Below are positions 6,485 through 15,230 of a DNA stretch of 32,000 nt, piece by piece. The DNA is from Nostoc punctiforme PCC 73102. Lineage in GTDB: Bacteria; Cyanobacteriota; Cyanobacteriia; Cyanobacteriales; Nostocaceae. The DNA is taken from NCBI RefSeq assembly GCF_000020025.1, contig NC_010628.1:5100001-5132000 (forward strand), in the 5' to 3' direction. Every line of letters starts with the position of its first letter. Within the stretch, counting starts at the first letter, position 1. The translations under genes and the position numbers were made by a program. Below the pieces are notes generated by a model that saw only the letters and a list, made by a program, of their open reading frames with translations, ran no database searches and was not told where the DNA came from.

Positions 6485-7813
6485 CTAACAGGGTTTAAGT
6501 ACAGTAACCGCATAGTTCTGCGGTGAGAGATATTGTTTAGCTAATTTTTGTAGTTCTTGAGCATCAAAAGACTGAATCTGCTGTGGATATGTCACAGCTA
6601 ATTCAGCTTGGGCGATGGTATTGTAATATCCATAAAGCCCTGTCAGTTGATTTGGTGTTTCGGTAGAAAACGCATACTCATTACATAGCAACCTGCGTGT
6701 ACGAGCAAGTTCTTGTTCGCTAATTCCTTCAGTCTGCAAATTATCCAAATGAGCGCAAATTAAAGACTCAACTTCTTCTAAATTTTCTGGTTCTAACCAG
6801 GCAGTAATTGTAAATAAACTTGATTCCCGTTGTAGAGAAAAACTACTATAAATTCCTTGTACCAATTGCAAGTCTTCTCGCAAATCACGCACTAAACGCG
6901 AAGTCCGCCCTTCTGCCAATAACACTGACAATAAATCTAGACCATAGCTAGTGCGGATTTCTTCTACTCCTGGTACCAACCACGCCATCAACAATCGTGC
7001 TTGTTCTATGCGTGGTAAACACAGTTCTTGACGGTGAATTCCTGTTATTACTGGCTTTGTCACTTTCTCAAACTGCGGACAATTCGAGCGTTCGGCAAAA
7101 TCACTAAATGAACGATTTACTAATTCCCAAGCTGGTTGCTGGGCTATACCTCCGGCAATTACCACTGTCATATTTTCCGGCTGATAGTGGGCATGGTGAA
7201 AACAGCGCATTGCTTCTGGAGACTGCTGCATCAGTTCTTGCTCAGTACCCAACACCGAACGCCCGTAAGGGTGATGTGGATAGATGCTTTGAATCAGAGC
7301 TTGAAATCCTATCCAGTCGGAATCGTCCTGACAAGAGCGAATTTCCTCTAGCACCACGTCCCGTTCGCGGCTAAATTCATCTTCTGGAATTGCCGCATTG
7401 AGCAGTAGTTCGCCCAAATAGGGCAAAGTATCTTTTAAATAAGGGGCAGCTGTGGTGAGTGAATAATTAGCATAATCATAGCTTGTCGCCGCATTGCTTA
7501 CGCCACCCCAGTTTTCAACTTTGGAATCGAACATTCCAGGGGGAAGCGTTGCCGTACCTTTAAAAATCATGTGTTCTAAAAAGTGCGCCATCCCAAACCA
7601 CGGTTTTGGCTCTAGGCTTGCTCCAGCACGCACCCAAACATCAGCCACAACTACAGGAGTAGTGGGAATCTCTTGATGAATAAAAGTTAAACCACTCTCT
7701 AGTCGGAAGACTGAGGCTGGAAATACGGTATTAGTTAGTTGTTTTAACAATTTTTGTAGCTTTAACCACAATTCAACGCAATTGTGTAATCTTAACTCTG
7801 AACGATACCTCAT
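6485..7813 (-). CDS. M16-family zinc peptidase, catalytic-type subunit (HxxEH present)
   Basis: FGMAHFLEHMIFKG carries the inverted zinc motif HFLEH. It sits directly upstream of, and on the same strand as, the HxxEH-less M16 gene. The true start may lie downstream of 7813, because the N-terminal 20-30 aa look non-conserved. Confidence 0.8.
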   Translation of the reverse strand: MRYRSELRLHNCVELWLKLQKLLKQLTNTVFPASVFRLESGLTFIHQEIPTTPVVVADVWVRAGASLEPKPWFGMAHFLEHMIFKGTATLPPGMFDSKVENWGGVSNAATSYDYANYSLTTAAPYLKDTLPYLGELLLNAAIPEDEFSRERDVVLEEIRSCQDDSDWIGFQALIQSIYPHHPYGRSVLGTEQELMQQSPEAMRCFHHAHYQPENMTVVIAGGIAQQPAWELVNRSFSDFAERSNCPQFEKVTKPVITGIHRQELCLPRIEQARLLMAWLVPGVEEIRTSYGLDLLSVLLAEGRTSRLVRDLREDLQLVQGIYSSFSLQRESSLFTITAWLEPENLEEVESLICAHLDNLQTEGISEQELARTRRLLCNEYAFSTETPNQLTGLYGYYNTIAQAELAVTYPQQIQSFDAQELQKLAKQYLSPQNYAVTVLKPC

Positions 7814-7917
7814 TTAGAATCAAGTTATACAGATTTAGTAAAATTGTGCTATTACTGTCCTCCAGATTACCGAAAAATTAAAAGCGTTATGCATTGAGAG
7901 GAAAATCGCAATATTAC

Positions 7918-7942
7918 AGAGACGCGATAAATCGCCGTCTCT
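7918..7942. repeat. GAGACG...CGTCTC hairpin (GTAGAGAC family member)
   Basis: agagacg (7918-7924) pairs with cgtctct (7936-7942), with an inner gcgat/atcgc pairing. It is related to the palindromes at 13150-13179, 13649-13685 and 22261-22292. Confidence 0.5.
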
Positions 7943-8060
7943 ACAAAGAATTTAATTCCTTGACAGACTACTATTTCCGACTTGTGTGTACATCGTAGCC
8001 CTTTACCAAGAGCAGGGTTGGGGAGGGGGATGTACCTCATGTACTTGCAAAACACTGTAG

Positions 8061-11000
8061 TTAAAACACCGGAATCTCAATGACAAATTCTGTTCCTTCA
8101 CCAAGCACAGAATTGCACCTCAACCGCCCATTATGGGTTTCCTCGACAATTTGACGAGCGATCGCTAATCCTAATCCTGTCCCCTTTCCAACCTCTTTTG
8201 TTGTAAACAGGTGGTCAAAGATCCTTGCTTTAATCTCCTCTGGCATCCCCTGACCGTTATCTTTGATGCGAATTGCCACCTTGCTTTGGTCACTGGATAC
8301 TTCGGTGTTAATCAGTATTTGGTGATGATTGGCTTGCGCTTGGGCAAAAGAAAGCCCCTCACTGGATGTATCTAAGGCATCAATTGCATTAGCGAGGATG
8401 TTCATAAATACTTGATTTAATTGTCCTAAAAAGCACTTAACTAGTGGCAATTTACCGTATTCGGTGATAACTTCAATTGCTGGACGTTTTTCGTTAGCTT
8501 TGAGGCGATACTTCAAAATCAACAGCGTACTCTCAATCCCTTCATGGAGATTACAAGCAACTTTTTCGGTTGTATCGGCTCTGGAGAAAGTGCGAAGACT
8601 AATGCTAATGTCTTTAATCCGTTCGCTTGCCACCTTCATTGAGCTTACGAGTTTTGGTAAGTCTTGAGTCAAGAATTCTAGGTCAATTTCTTCGCCATGC
8701 TCAATGACTGCGATCGCAGAAGTGGGATGATGTTGTTGGTAGCATTGGATATGGGCGAGTAAGTCTTGAATATACTCTTCGGCATTGTTAAGGCTGCCTT
8801 TCAAAAATCCAATGGGATTATTAATTTCATGTGCCACCCCAGCAACCAAATTACCCAAGGTTGCCATTTTTTCATTTTGCACCATTTGTAATTGGGTATG
8901 CTCTAGTTCTTGTAGCGATCGCTCTAACTGTTGGGCATAATTTTGAGATTCTTGATAAAGACGGGCATTTTCTAGAGAGATGGCGGCTTGAGCGCATAGC
9001 AGTTGGATAACTTCGGTGCGATCGCTTGTAAATGCGCCAATCGTCAACTTATTTTCCAGATATAGTAACCCGATTAATTGGCCATGACGCAAAATCGGCG
9101 TACACAACACACTTTTGGGTTGTTGCTGCATCAAATATTGGTCAGTAATAAAATCGTTTTTTACTGTTGCATTATCCAGCACCACAGTTTTTAAGCTGTG
9201 TTTGACATAGTTTACCAATGCGATCGGAATGTTTTGGCTGCTTGACAATGGTACAGATACTAGAGTCACCCCTTCATTGATGGTGGCTACAGCTTTAACC
9301 ACTAAGTTGCCCTGTTCGAGTACAAGTAGGGCAGCTTTTTTCGCTCCAGCATTTTCCATTACCACTTGCAAAAGAGTAGCGAGCAATTGCTCTAATTGAA
9401 TTTCACTGGAGAGAACTTGTGCGGCTTTAAAGATGGTGGCAAAATCGAGGGCTTCAGAAATACTGCTGCTAGAAAGATTTGTGTGAATGGTTTGATGTGG
9501 GAATGACGAGCCATCAATGGTTGAACTCAGTTGTAACTGATGATGCTGCCCTTGTAAGATGGGAGCCAGAAGTTGAGGATAGCGTTTTTCTAAATCCTCC
9601 GTTTTGGTTTTAGCGCCCCAACGAGCATAACAGTAATAAGCTTCTTGCATATAAACTTGGGCGATTTTTTCTTTGCCCCAGTCGAGGTAGAACTTGGCAG
9701 CTAGCTCATTGCTCAAAGCTTCTTCTTGGATATATTGGTTTGCTTTCGCTAGAGTTATGGCGCGATCGTATAATTCTATTGCTGCCAACTTGTCGCCCAG
9801 AACCCGATAGCGTTCTGCTTCCACCAAATCAAATTTGTGCTGGAAATTCATCGGTGCAAATTTGGCTCGAAACTGCAATTTTTCCTGATTTTCGCCAACC
9901 TTTAAGAGTAATTGTTCTTGTTGAGATGGTTCCGCCGTTGGATAGACAGCAAGCCGAGATAAAGAATCGTAGTAGTAGAAGACAGGCACAGATAACATTC
10001 CTGCGCCACCGTTAAGGTATTGCTCTCCCTGATTTCCATTTTCAACTGCCGCCGGAAAATTCTCAAACAAATAACTAAGCGTTAATTTACTTAGGAAAAA
10101 TACATGAAGTGTTAATTCGTCATTTTCTTTAATGAGCGCAGATAATAGTTGTTCATCTTGATAATCTTCACCAATGAAGCGCTCTGGATTATCGCTAGAT
10201 TCGGTTAAATTGTTAATGCTCTGACAGATTATATTCGACCAATTTAATAAGCGCTGATTTTGGGCGAAATTAGACTCGTAAGCTTTGATATCTGCTAGCA
10301 AGACTTCCAAAACTTCTGTGCCACTTAAATAGACATAGAATAGCTTGAAAATCATCGATGCCAGCACATGAAAAAAATCGCCTGTTTCTAATCCAAGAGT
10401 ATGGGATTCCTGTAATAAACTAATTGAGGTGCGAACATGTTGTTTATTAAATTGATTCAATGCACTTACCTTAAATAGAGTCATACTTTGAACAGATTTT
10501 GCTTTAAATCTATCTACAAGCATTAAAGCTAGCTGGCCAAATTCGTAGCCTGACTCGATTTGGTTACAAATATTAAGTACAATTCCAAAATCTGCATATC
10601 CTGGTGCAGAAAGTGGTGCATTGCCGTATTTAAGAGATAAATTCACCTCTTCGCAGGCAATAATTGGGAACAGATAAGGCGCAGCCTGGTGGATGGCGGG
10701 AGCAATGCTAGCCATAATCCGCAAAGCAACCAAAGCTTTGGTATCGTCCATCAATGGCAAATCAACTAAGCCCTCAATACTTCTGGCTGCCAAAGTAGAG
10801 AGCGTATTGACTACATATTGCTGAATGTCTGGACGTGTTACTGATTCAGGTAATGTTACCCCAAGTTGAGCCAGAAGTTCACGCCCAGTTGCGATCGCTT
10901 TGAATGATTGATTCCGCACCTGATCGGCTTGGAGTTCCACTTCATAAACTTTTACCCTATCCAGTAAGGTGGTTGTTTCTTCCATGACAACCTGGATAAG

Positions 11001-13493
11001 AGATTCCATCTGCTCAAATTCATTGTTGAGAAAGGTAGCTTCGGCAGCTTCTTCGTATAAACTTCGAGTCAGTTCATAGGCGATTTTCCAACTATTAATT
11101 GTCAGCAATTGTATTCCCGACTTGAGATAATGAATTGCTGCACCATAAGCAGTAGCTTCTTTCGCTTTTCGACCAGCATTCAAATTTAACTGAGCTAATT
11201 GTTGACGTTCACTTGGCTGGGTGATTAGCGATATTCCACAATTCAACTGACTTACAATCTCAAAAATTCGCTCCTCTTGCTGAGACTCAGAGGTATTTTG
11301 CAAGAGTAATTGGCCAACTTTAAGATGGGTAAATTGTTTCTCTTTATCTGGAATTAGCAAATAGGCAGCTTGCTGCACGCGATCGTGTAAAAATTTGTAG
11401 ATAGGGACTTGTAAATTGGAATTTAGAGGATTTGAGTTACAATCATGCCCACTATCTTGAAAAAATTTATAAACTTCACTAGTAGGTAAAACTAACCTTT
11501 CTTGTAAAGCTTTCCATAAAGACGCTGCCGTTTCAATTTCCGATTGTTCAGAAACAATTGCTAAGGTTAGCAAATCAAACTGGTTGCCAATACATGCGGC
11601 TAATTTCAACACATTTTGCGTTGCTGTTGGCAACTTCTGCAACTGTAGCGCTACGAACTCTACCACATCATCGGTCAGAGCAAGTGCTTTCACAGCAGCA
11701 ATATCACATTGCCAGCAACTTTGAGTAAAATTAAAAGTAATCAGTCCATCTTCATATAATGCTTTGAGAAATTGCGTTGCAAAAAATGGATTGCCTTGAG
11801 TTTTTTGATAGACGAGTTGCGTTAGAGGTTGGGCAATTTCACTTGAACAACTAAAGGTATCAACCATCAATTGATTTAAACTAGCTTTATTTAACGGAGC
11901 TAAAGCAATAGTATGAATCGTAGCATTGGCTTTGCGAATATCCGCTAAAGTCAACATTAACGGATGCGCGGTAGATACTTCATTATCTCGATAAGCTCCA
12001 ATTAAAAGTAAAGCTCCACTTCCTGACTCGTTCATCAGCAGCTGCATCAATTTGAGTGATGCAGAATCAGCCCACTGCAAATCATCAAGGAAAATTACTA
12101 GTGGATGTTCTTTTGTGGTGAATACTTGAATGAATTTTTGAAAGAGTAAATTAAAGCGATTCTGGGCTGCACTTGGTGAGAGTTCCGTTGCAGGTGGTTG
12201 TTGACCAATAATTTGTTCGAGTTCTGGAATTACTTCAAGAATAACTTGCCCCTGATCGCCCAGCACTTGTAAAACTTTATTTTTCCAAGTTGACAATTGG
12301 ACATCACTTTCACTCAGCAATTGTCCCATTAAGTCTCGAAATGCCTGTACAAAAGCAGAGAAAGGAATATTACGATTAAATTGGTCAAATTTGCCTTTGA
12401 TGAAGTAACCCCTCTGTCGGACAATGGGTTTGTGAACCTCGTTGACCAAAGCCGTTTTCCCAATACCAGAAAAACCAGCCACCAGCATTAGTTCCGTCTG
12501 ATTGTTGGTAACGCGGTCAAAGGCTTTGAGAAGAGTTTCAACTTCAGGCTCACGACCATAGAGTTTTTCTGGGATAATAAAGCGATCGCACACATCCCGT
12601 TGGGCAATTGGGAAGCTTGCAATTTTTCCCGTTTCTTTGAGTTGAGCCAAACAATTTTCTAAATCATATTGCAACCCAAATGCGCTCTGATAGCGGTCTT
12701 CGGCATTTTTCGCCATCAGTTTATTCACAATGGATGAGAGTACAGGCGCAATTTGCGGATTAATCTCATGTACTAAAGGCGGAAGTTTTGCAATATGACA
12801 ATGTACCAATTCCATCGGATCGTGTGATTTAAATGGTAATTGCCCTGTTAATAACTCGTAAAAAGTTACACCTAGAGAATAAAAATCAGTCCGGTAGTCA
12901 ATTCCCCGATTCATTCGTCCAGTTTGCTCTGGTGATAAATAGCCAAGTGTTCCTTCTAGCACATTAGGACTCATCAAGATTTGAGTTTCCCGTGGCAACA
13001 GAGATGCAATACTAAAGTCTATTAACTTAACTTCTTTAGTGTGTGGATTAATTAAAATATTGGCGGGTTTAATATCTTTGTGAATGACCCGATGGCGAAT
13101 TAGAATATCTAATATATTGCACAGTGCGATCGCTACTTGTAAAAACTCTTGTAGAGACACAATATATCGTGTCTCTACAGAGGTCAAATAATCTTTGAGA
13201 GAAATTCCCCCAAAGTCTTCCATCACTAACACATAGCCATTCTGATAGGGTTCCAGGCTGTATGTTTGAATGATTCCAGGTAGATTTAAGTTTTTGGCGA
13301 TGGTGAACTGGTTCCGAAACTGTATCAATTCAATGAAACTGGGATAAACAGTTTTCATCAGCTTAATCACCACAGATTTTTGGTCATTTTCTCGATTAGC
13401 ACGATAAACCAAGGTTCGAGAACCATTGTAGAGTTCTTTGCTAACGTGATATCCGGGAATGCTGACCATACGGCTTAATTCTTGAGACTTCAC
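8061..13493 (-). CDS. multidomain sensor with Ser/Thr protein kinase, AAA_16/STAND-like P-loop NTPase, TPR-like helical region, GAF and histidine kinase (H-box + HATPase_c) domains; HstK-type dual kinase
   Basis: 1810-aa uninterrupted ORF. Kinase motifs are VVIKLMK, HKDIKPANIL (Asp codon 13074-13076), DFS and SPEQTGR. Walker A is GFSGIGKT (12453-12476) and Walker B is LVIFLDDLQWAD. GAF spans roughly aa 1346-1513 (about 8955-9458). The H-box is VAGVAHEINNP (His codon 8829-8831), followed by the N box NILANAIDA, G1 DNGQGM and G2 GKGTGLGL. No TM segment and no receiver domain. Confidence 0.9.
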   Translation of the reverse strand: MKSQELSRMVSIPGYHVSKELYNGSRTLVYRANRENDQKSVVIKLMKTVYPSFIELIQFRNQFTIAKNLNLPGIIQTYSLEPYQNGYVLVMEDFGGISLKDYLTSVETRYIVSLQEFLQVAIALCNILDILIRHRVIHKDIKPANILINPHTKEVKLIDFSIASLLPRETQILMSPNVLEGTLGYLSPEQTGRMNRGIDYRTDFYSLGVTFYELLTGQLPFKSHDPMELVHCHIAKLPPLVHEINPQIAPVLSSIVNKLMAKNAEDRYQSAFGLQYDLENCLAQLKETGKIASFPIAQRDVCDRFIIPEKLYGREPEVETLLKAFDRVTNNQTELMLVAGFSGIGKTALVNEVHKPIVRQRGYFIKGKFDQFNRNIPFSAFVQAFRDLMGQLLSESDVQLSTWKNKVLQVLGDQGQVILEVIPELEQIIGQQPPATELSPSAAQNRFNLLFQKFIQVFTTKEHPLVIFLDDLQWADSASLKLMQLLMNESGSGALLLIGAYRDNEVSTAHPLMLTLADIRKANATIHTIALAPLNKASLNQLMVDTFSCSSEIAQPLTQLVYQKTQGNPFFATQFLKALYEDGLITFNFTQSCWQCDIAAVKALALTDDVVEFVALQLQKLPTATQNVLKLAACIGNQFDLLTLAIVSEQSEIETAASLWKALQERLVLPTSEVYKFFQDSGHDCNSNPLNSNLQVPIYKFLHDRVQQAAYLLIPDKEKQFTHLKVGQLLLQNTSESQQEERIFEIVSQLNCGISLITQPSERQQLAQLNLNAGRKAKEATAYGAAIHYLKSGIQLLTINSWKIAYELTRSLYEEAAEATFLNNEFEQMESLIQVVMEETTTLLDRVKVYEVELQADQVRNQSFKAIATGRELLAQLGVTLPESVTRPDIQQYVVNTLSTLAARSIEGLVDLPLMDDTKALVALRIMASIAPAIHQAAPYLFPIIACEEVNLSLKYGNAPLSAPGYADFGIVLNICNQIESGYEFGQLALMLVDRFKAKSVQSMTLFKVSALNQFNKQHVRTSISLLQESHTLGLETGDFFHVLASMIFKLFYVYLSGTEVLEVLLADIKAYESNFAQNQRLLNWSNIICQSINNLTESSDNPERFIGEDYQDEQLLSALIKENDELTLHVFFLSKLTLSYLFENFPAAVENGNQGEQYLNGGAGMLSVPVFYYYDSLSRLAVYPTAEPSQQEQLLLKVGENQEKLQFRAKFAPMNFQHKFDLVEAERYRVLGDKLAAIELYDRAITLAKANQYIQEEALSNELAAKFYLDWGKEKIAQVYMQEAYYCYARWGAKTKTEDLEKRYPQLLAPILQGQHHQLQLSSTIDGSSFPHQTIHTNLSSSSISEALDFATIFKAAQVLSSEIQLEQLLATLLQVVMENAGAKKAALLVLEQGNLVVKAVATINEGVTLVSVPLSSSQNIPIALVNYVKHSLKTVVLDNATVKNDFITDQYLMQQQPKSVLCTPILRHGQLIGLLYLENKLTIGAFTSDRTEVIQLLCAQAAISLENARLYQESQNYAQQLERSLQELEHTQLQMVQNEKMATLGNLVAGVAHEINNPIGFLKGSLNNAEEYIQDLLAHIQCYQQHHPTSAIAVIEHGEEIDLEFLTQDLPKLVSSMKVASERIKDISISLRTFSRADTTEKVACNLHEGIESTLLILKYRLKANEKRPAIEVITEYGKLPLVKCFLGQLNQVFMNILANAIDALDTSSEGLSFAQAQANHHQILINTEVSSDQSKVAIRIKDNGQGMPEEIKARIFDHLFTTKEVGKGTGLGLAIARQIVEETHNGRLRCNSVLGEGTEFVIEIPVF
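13150..13179. repeat. perfect 11-bp-stem GTAGAGAC-family palindrome inside the kinase-domain coding sequence
   Basis: tgtagagacac (13150-13160) and gtgtctctaca (13169-13179) are perfect reverse complements with an 8-nt loop. The sequence is translated in-frame as SVETRYIVSLQ. Confidence 0.7.
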
Positions 13494-13648
13494 TATTTAG
13501 TTTTCCCAAAAACATGGCAATATTTACTATCAGTTCACTCATTTTGAGATGGTAGAAGGAATTAATTTCATGATGTGAAAGGAATCGATAACCAATTGCA
13601 TTGAACGGCCTGGCAAGAGATGTTAAAAATATATCTCCAAAAATGAAT

Positions 13649-13685
13649 GTAGAGACGTAACAGTTATACGTTATACATCTCTACA
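13649..13685. repeat. imperfect GTAGAGAC-family hairpin upstream of the kinase gene
   Basis: tgtagagacgtaa...atctctaca. The outer arms match 8/9 as reverse complements. Confidence 0.45.
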
Positions 13686-13792
13686 AGCGGAGTGGAATTA
13701 TTCAAGTTTAATAAGTACTCAACTAAACATGAATCACGTTAGTTTAGGATTTCTGGTTTTTACTACAAGTAATAATCATTTAAATAATTAAA

Positions 13793-13821
13793 GCTCCCAA
13801 ATTCTAACTGATTTTGGGAGC
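13793..13821 (-). terminator. stem-loop terminator candidate downstream of the putative 6S RNA
   Basis: gctcccaaa (13793-13801) and tttgggagc (13813-13821) form a perfect 9-bp stem. On the minus strand the stem is followed by tttaattattt. Confidence 0.5.
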
Positions 13822-13834
13822 TAATAATTTTAAG

Positions 13835-14015
13835 TTCACCGCGACGCCGTTTTACCTAAGTTTATGACCTGGGTTTATCCAGGTGGGAACCTAAATTCCT
13901 CGTTTAAAGTTTCCGGGTACATGCCCGGTATACTGCCACGAGAACAGTTGACTCCCTTGTCATTAAAGGCATAGATCAAAAAACTTGATGGCAGTCACCA
14001 ACGTCGTAGTGCAAC
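13835..14015 (-). ncRNA. ssaA: candidate 6S RNA (SsaA-like), about 180 nt
   Basis: This is an ORF-free region immediately downstream of purK on the same strand, a linkage I recall as typical for cyanobacterial 6S RNA. The end segments pair on the minus strand (cacuacgacguug with aacggcgucgcggug, about 12/13 pairs). Three of those pairs are U-G wobbles, which would be A-C mismatches on the plus strand. Internal hairpins are acctgg/ccaggt (13868-13885) and ccggg/cccgg (13913-13928). The boundaries are approximate. Confidence 0.5.
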
Positions 14016-14075
14016 TCACTCATTATAGCTTTTCAAAAGATGTTGTGTGTTCAACATCTAAAGTTTCTGCTTAAT

Positions 14076-15230
14076 TTACCTGGGATACCAGATAGATTCT
14101 ATGGTGTGGGCGATGGCATTTGCCGATTCTCTATTCTGATTATCCAGTAAAACGGTAACATGCCCTAACTTCCGCCCAGGACGTGATTCTGTCTTCCCAT
14201 ACCAGTGAAGGTGCGCCTGGGGAATCTCCGCTATTTGTTGACGCTGGCTTTGGTAGTCGCTGTGAGAATTTTCATACCCCAGTAGGTTGACCATTACAGC
14301 GCCAGCGCACTGCAAAGCTGGATTCCCTAAAGGTAAACCACAAACTGCTCTGAGGTGCTGTTCAAATTGAGAAGTTTCACAAGCGTCAATAGAAAAATGC
14401 CCAGAATTGTGGGTACGAGGCGCAATTTCATTTACCAGCACTTTGCCATCAGCGCTGAGAAATAGCTCAATTCCAAAAATTCCGACTACTTTTAGGCTAT
14501 TTAATAGAGTATGTGCGATCGCTTCTATTTCTGCTACTTGATTGGGTGTAATATCAGCAGGCGCAATTACCCGCCGACAGACTTGTTGTTCTTGTTGGGT
14601 TTCCACTACTGGGTAAGTTACAATTTCTCCCTCCACAGAACGCGCTGCAATTATTGCTAGTTCTCTTTCAAAAGGGACAAATTCTTCTAACAAGAAAAAT
14701 GATTCATTTAAAGGTTTTGTTATAGTTCCATAACTTAGCTTTTGCTCTAAAGTACCAAAATCTGGAATTATGAAAGTACCCTGACCATCATAACCGTGGC
14801 GGCGGGCTTTGAGGACTGCTGGAAAACCTAGATATTCTATTTTTGATTGGAGATTTTCCACCTCGTCAAGGGCGAAAAACTGAGGAACTGGTAAGCTCAA
14901 ATCGCGTAAATAGCAACGCTGATGATATTTATCTAAAAGTGGAGCTAAAGCTTCTAAGCTGGGACGGAAACAAACGCCTTGCTGTGCTAAAAGAGATAAA
15001 GCTTGTAGATTAACAAATTCATTTTCAAAGGTGATGACATCGCATTTTTGAGCTAATATTTCTGTAGCACTTGCGTCATCAACTGGTGCGAAGACAGTTT
15101 CCTGAGCGATTGACACGGCCGGGTCGTGTTCGCTAGGAGTTTGTACTACTAATTCTACTCCTAGCTTCTGTGCTGCATCCGCCATCATCCAGGCAAGTTG
15201 TCCACCACCAATTACACCAACACGTTTCAT
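14076..15230 (-). CDS. purK: N5-carboxyaminoimidazole ribonucleotide synthase (ATP-grasp)
   Basis: MKRVGVIGGGQLAWMMA at the N-terminus, an ATP-grasp core and HWYGK...RPGRKLGHVT at the C-terminus. The preferred ATG (15228-15230) overlaps the upstream gene's TGA as ATGA. Confidence 0.9.
   Translation of the reverse strand: MKRVGVIGGGQLAWMMADAAQKLGVELVVQTPSEHDPAVSIAQETVFAPVDDASATEILAQKCDVITFENEFVNLQALSLLAQQGVCFRPSLEALAPLLDKYHQRCYLRDLSLPVPQFFALDEVENLQSKIEYLGFPAVLKARRHGYDGQGTFIIPDFGTLEQKLSYGTITKPLNESFFLLEEFVPFERELAIIAARSVEGEIVTYPVVETQQEQQVCRRVIAPADITPNQVAEIEAIAHTLLNSLKVVGIFGIELFLSADGKVLVNEIAPRTHNSGHFSIDACETSQFEQHLRAVCGLPLGNPALQCAGAVMVNLLGYENSHSDYQSQRQQIAEIPQAHLHWYGKTESRPGRKLGHVTVLLDNQNRESANAIAHTIESIWYPR

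Noticed and set aside
7867-8055. 62-aa ORF between the M16 operon and the first kinase gene
   Set aside because: It is short, spans a GAGACG hairpin repeat and a G-rich tract, and has no motif support.
8464-10015. Antisense ORFs inside the kinase genes (8464-8667, 9740-10015, 30410-30688) and inside other long CDSs (583-867, 1862-2050, 7108-7676, 17554-17814, 18593-19164, 22314-22769)
   Set aside because: All are embedded opposite to, or out of frame with, strongly supported long CDSs. They lack motifs and are at the length expected by chance in such long genes.
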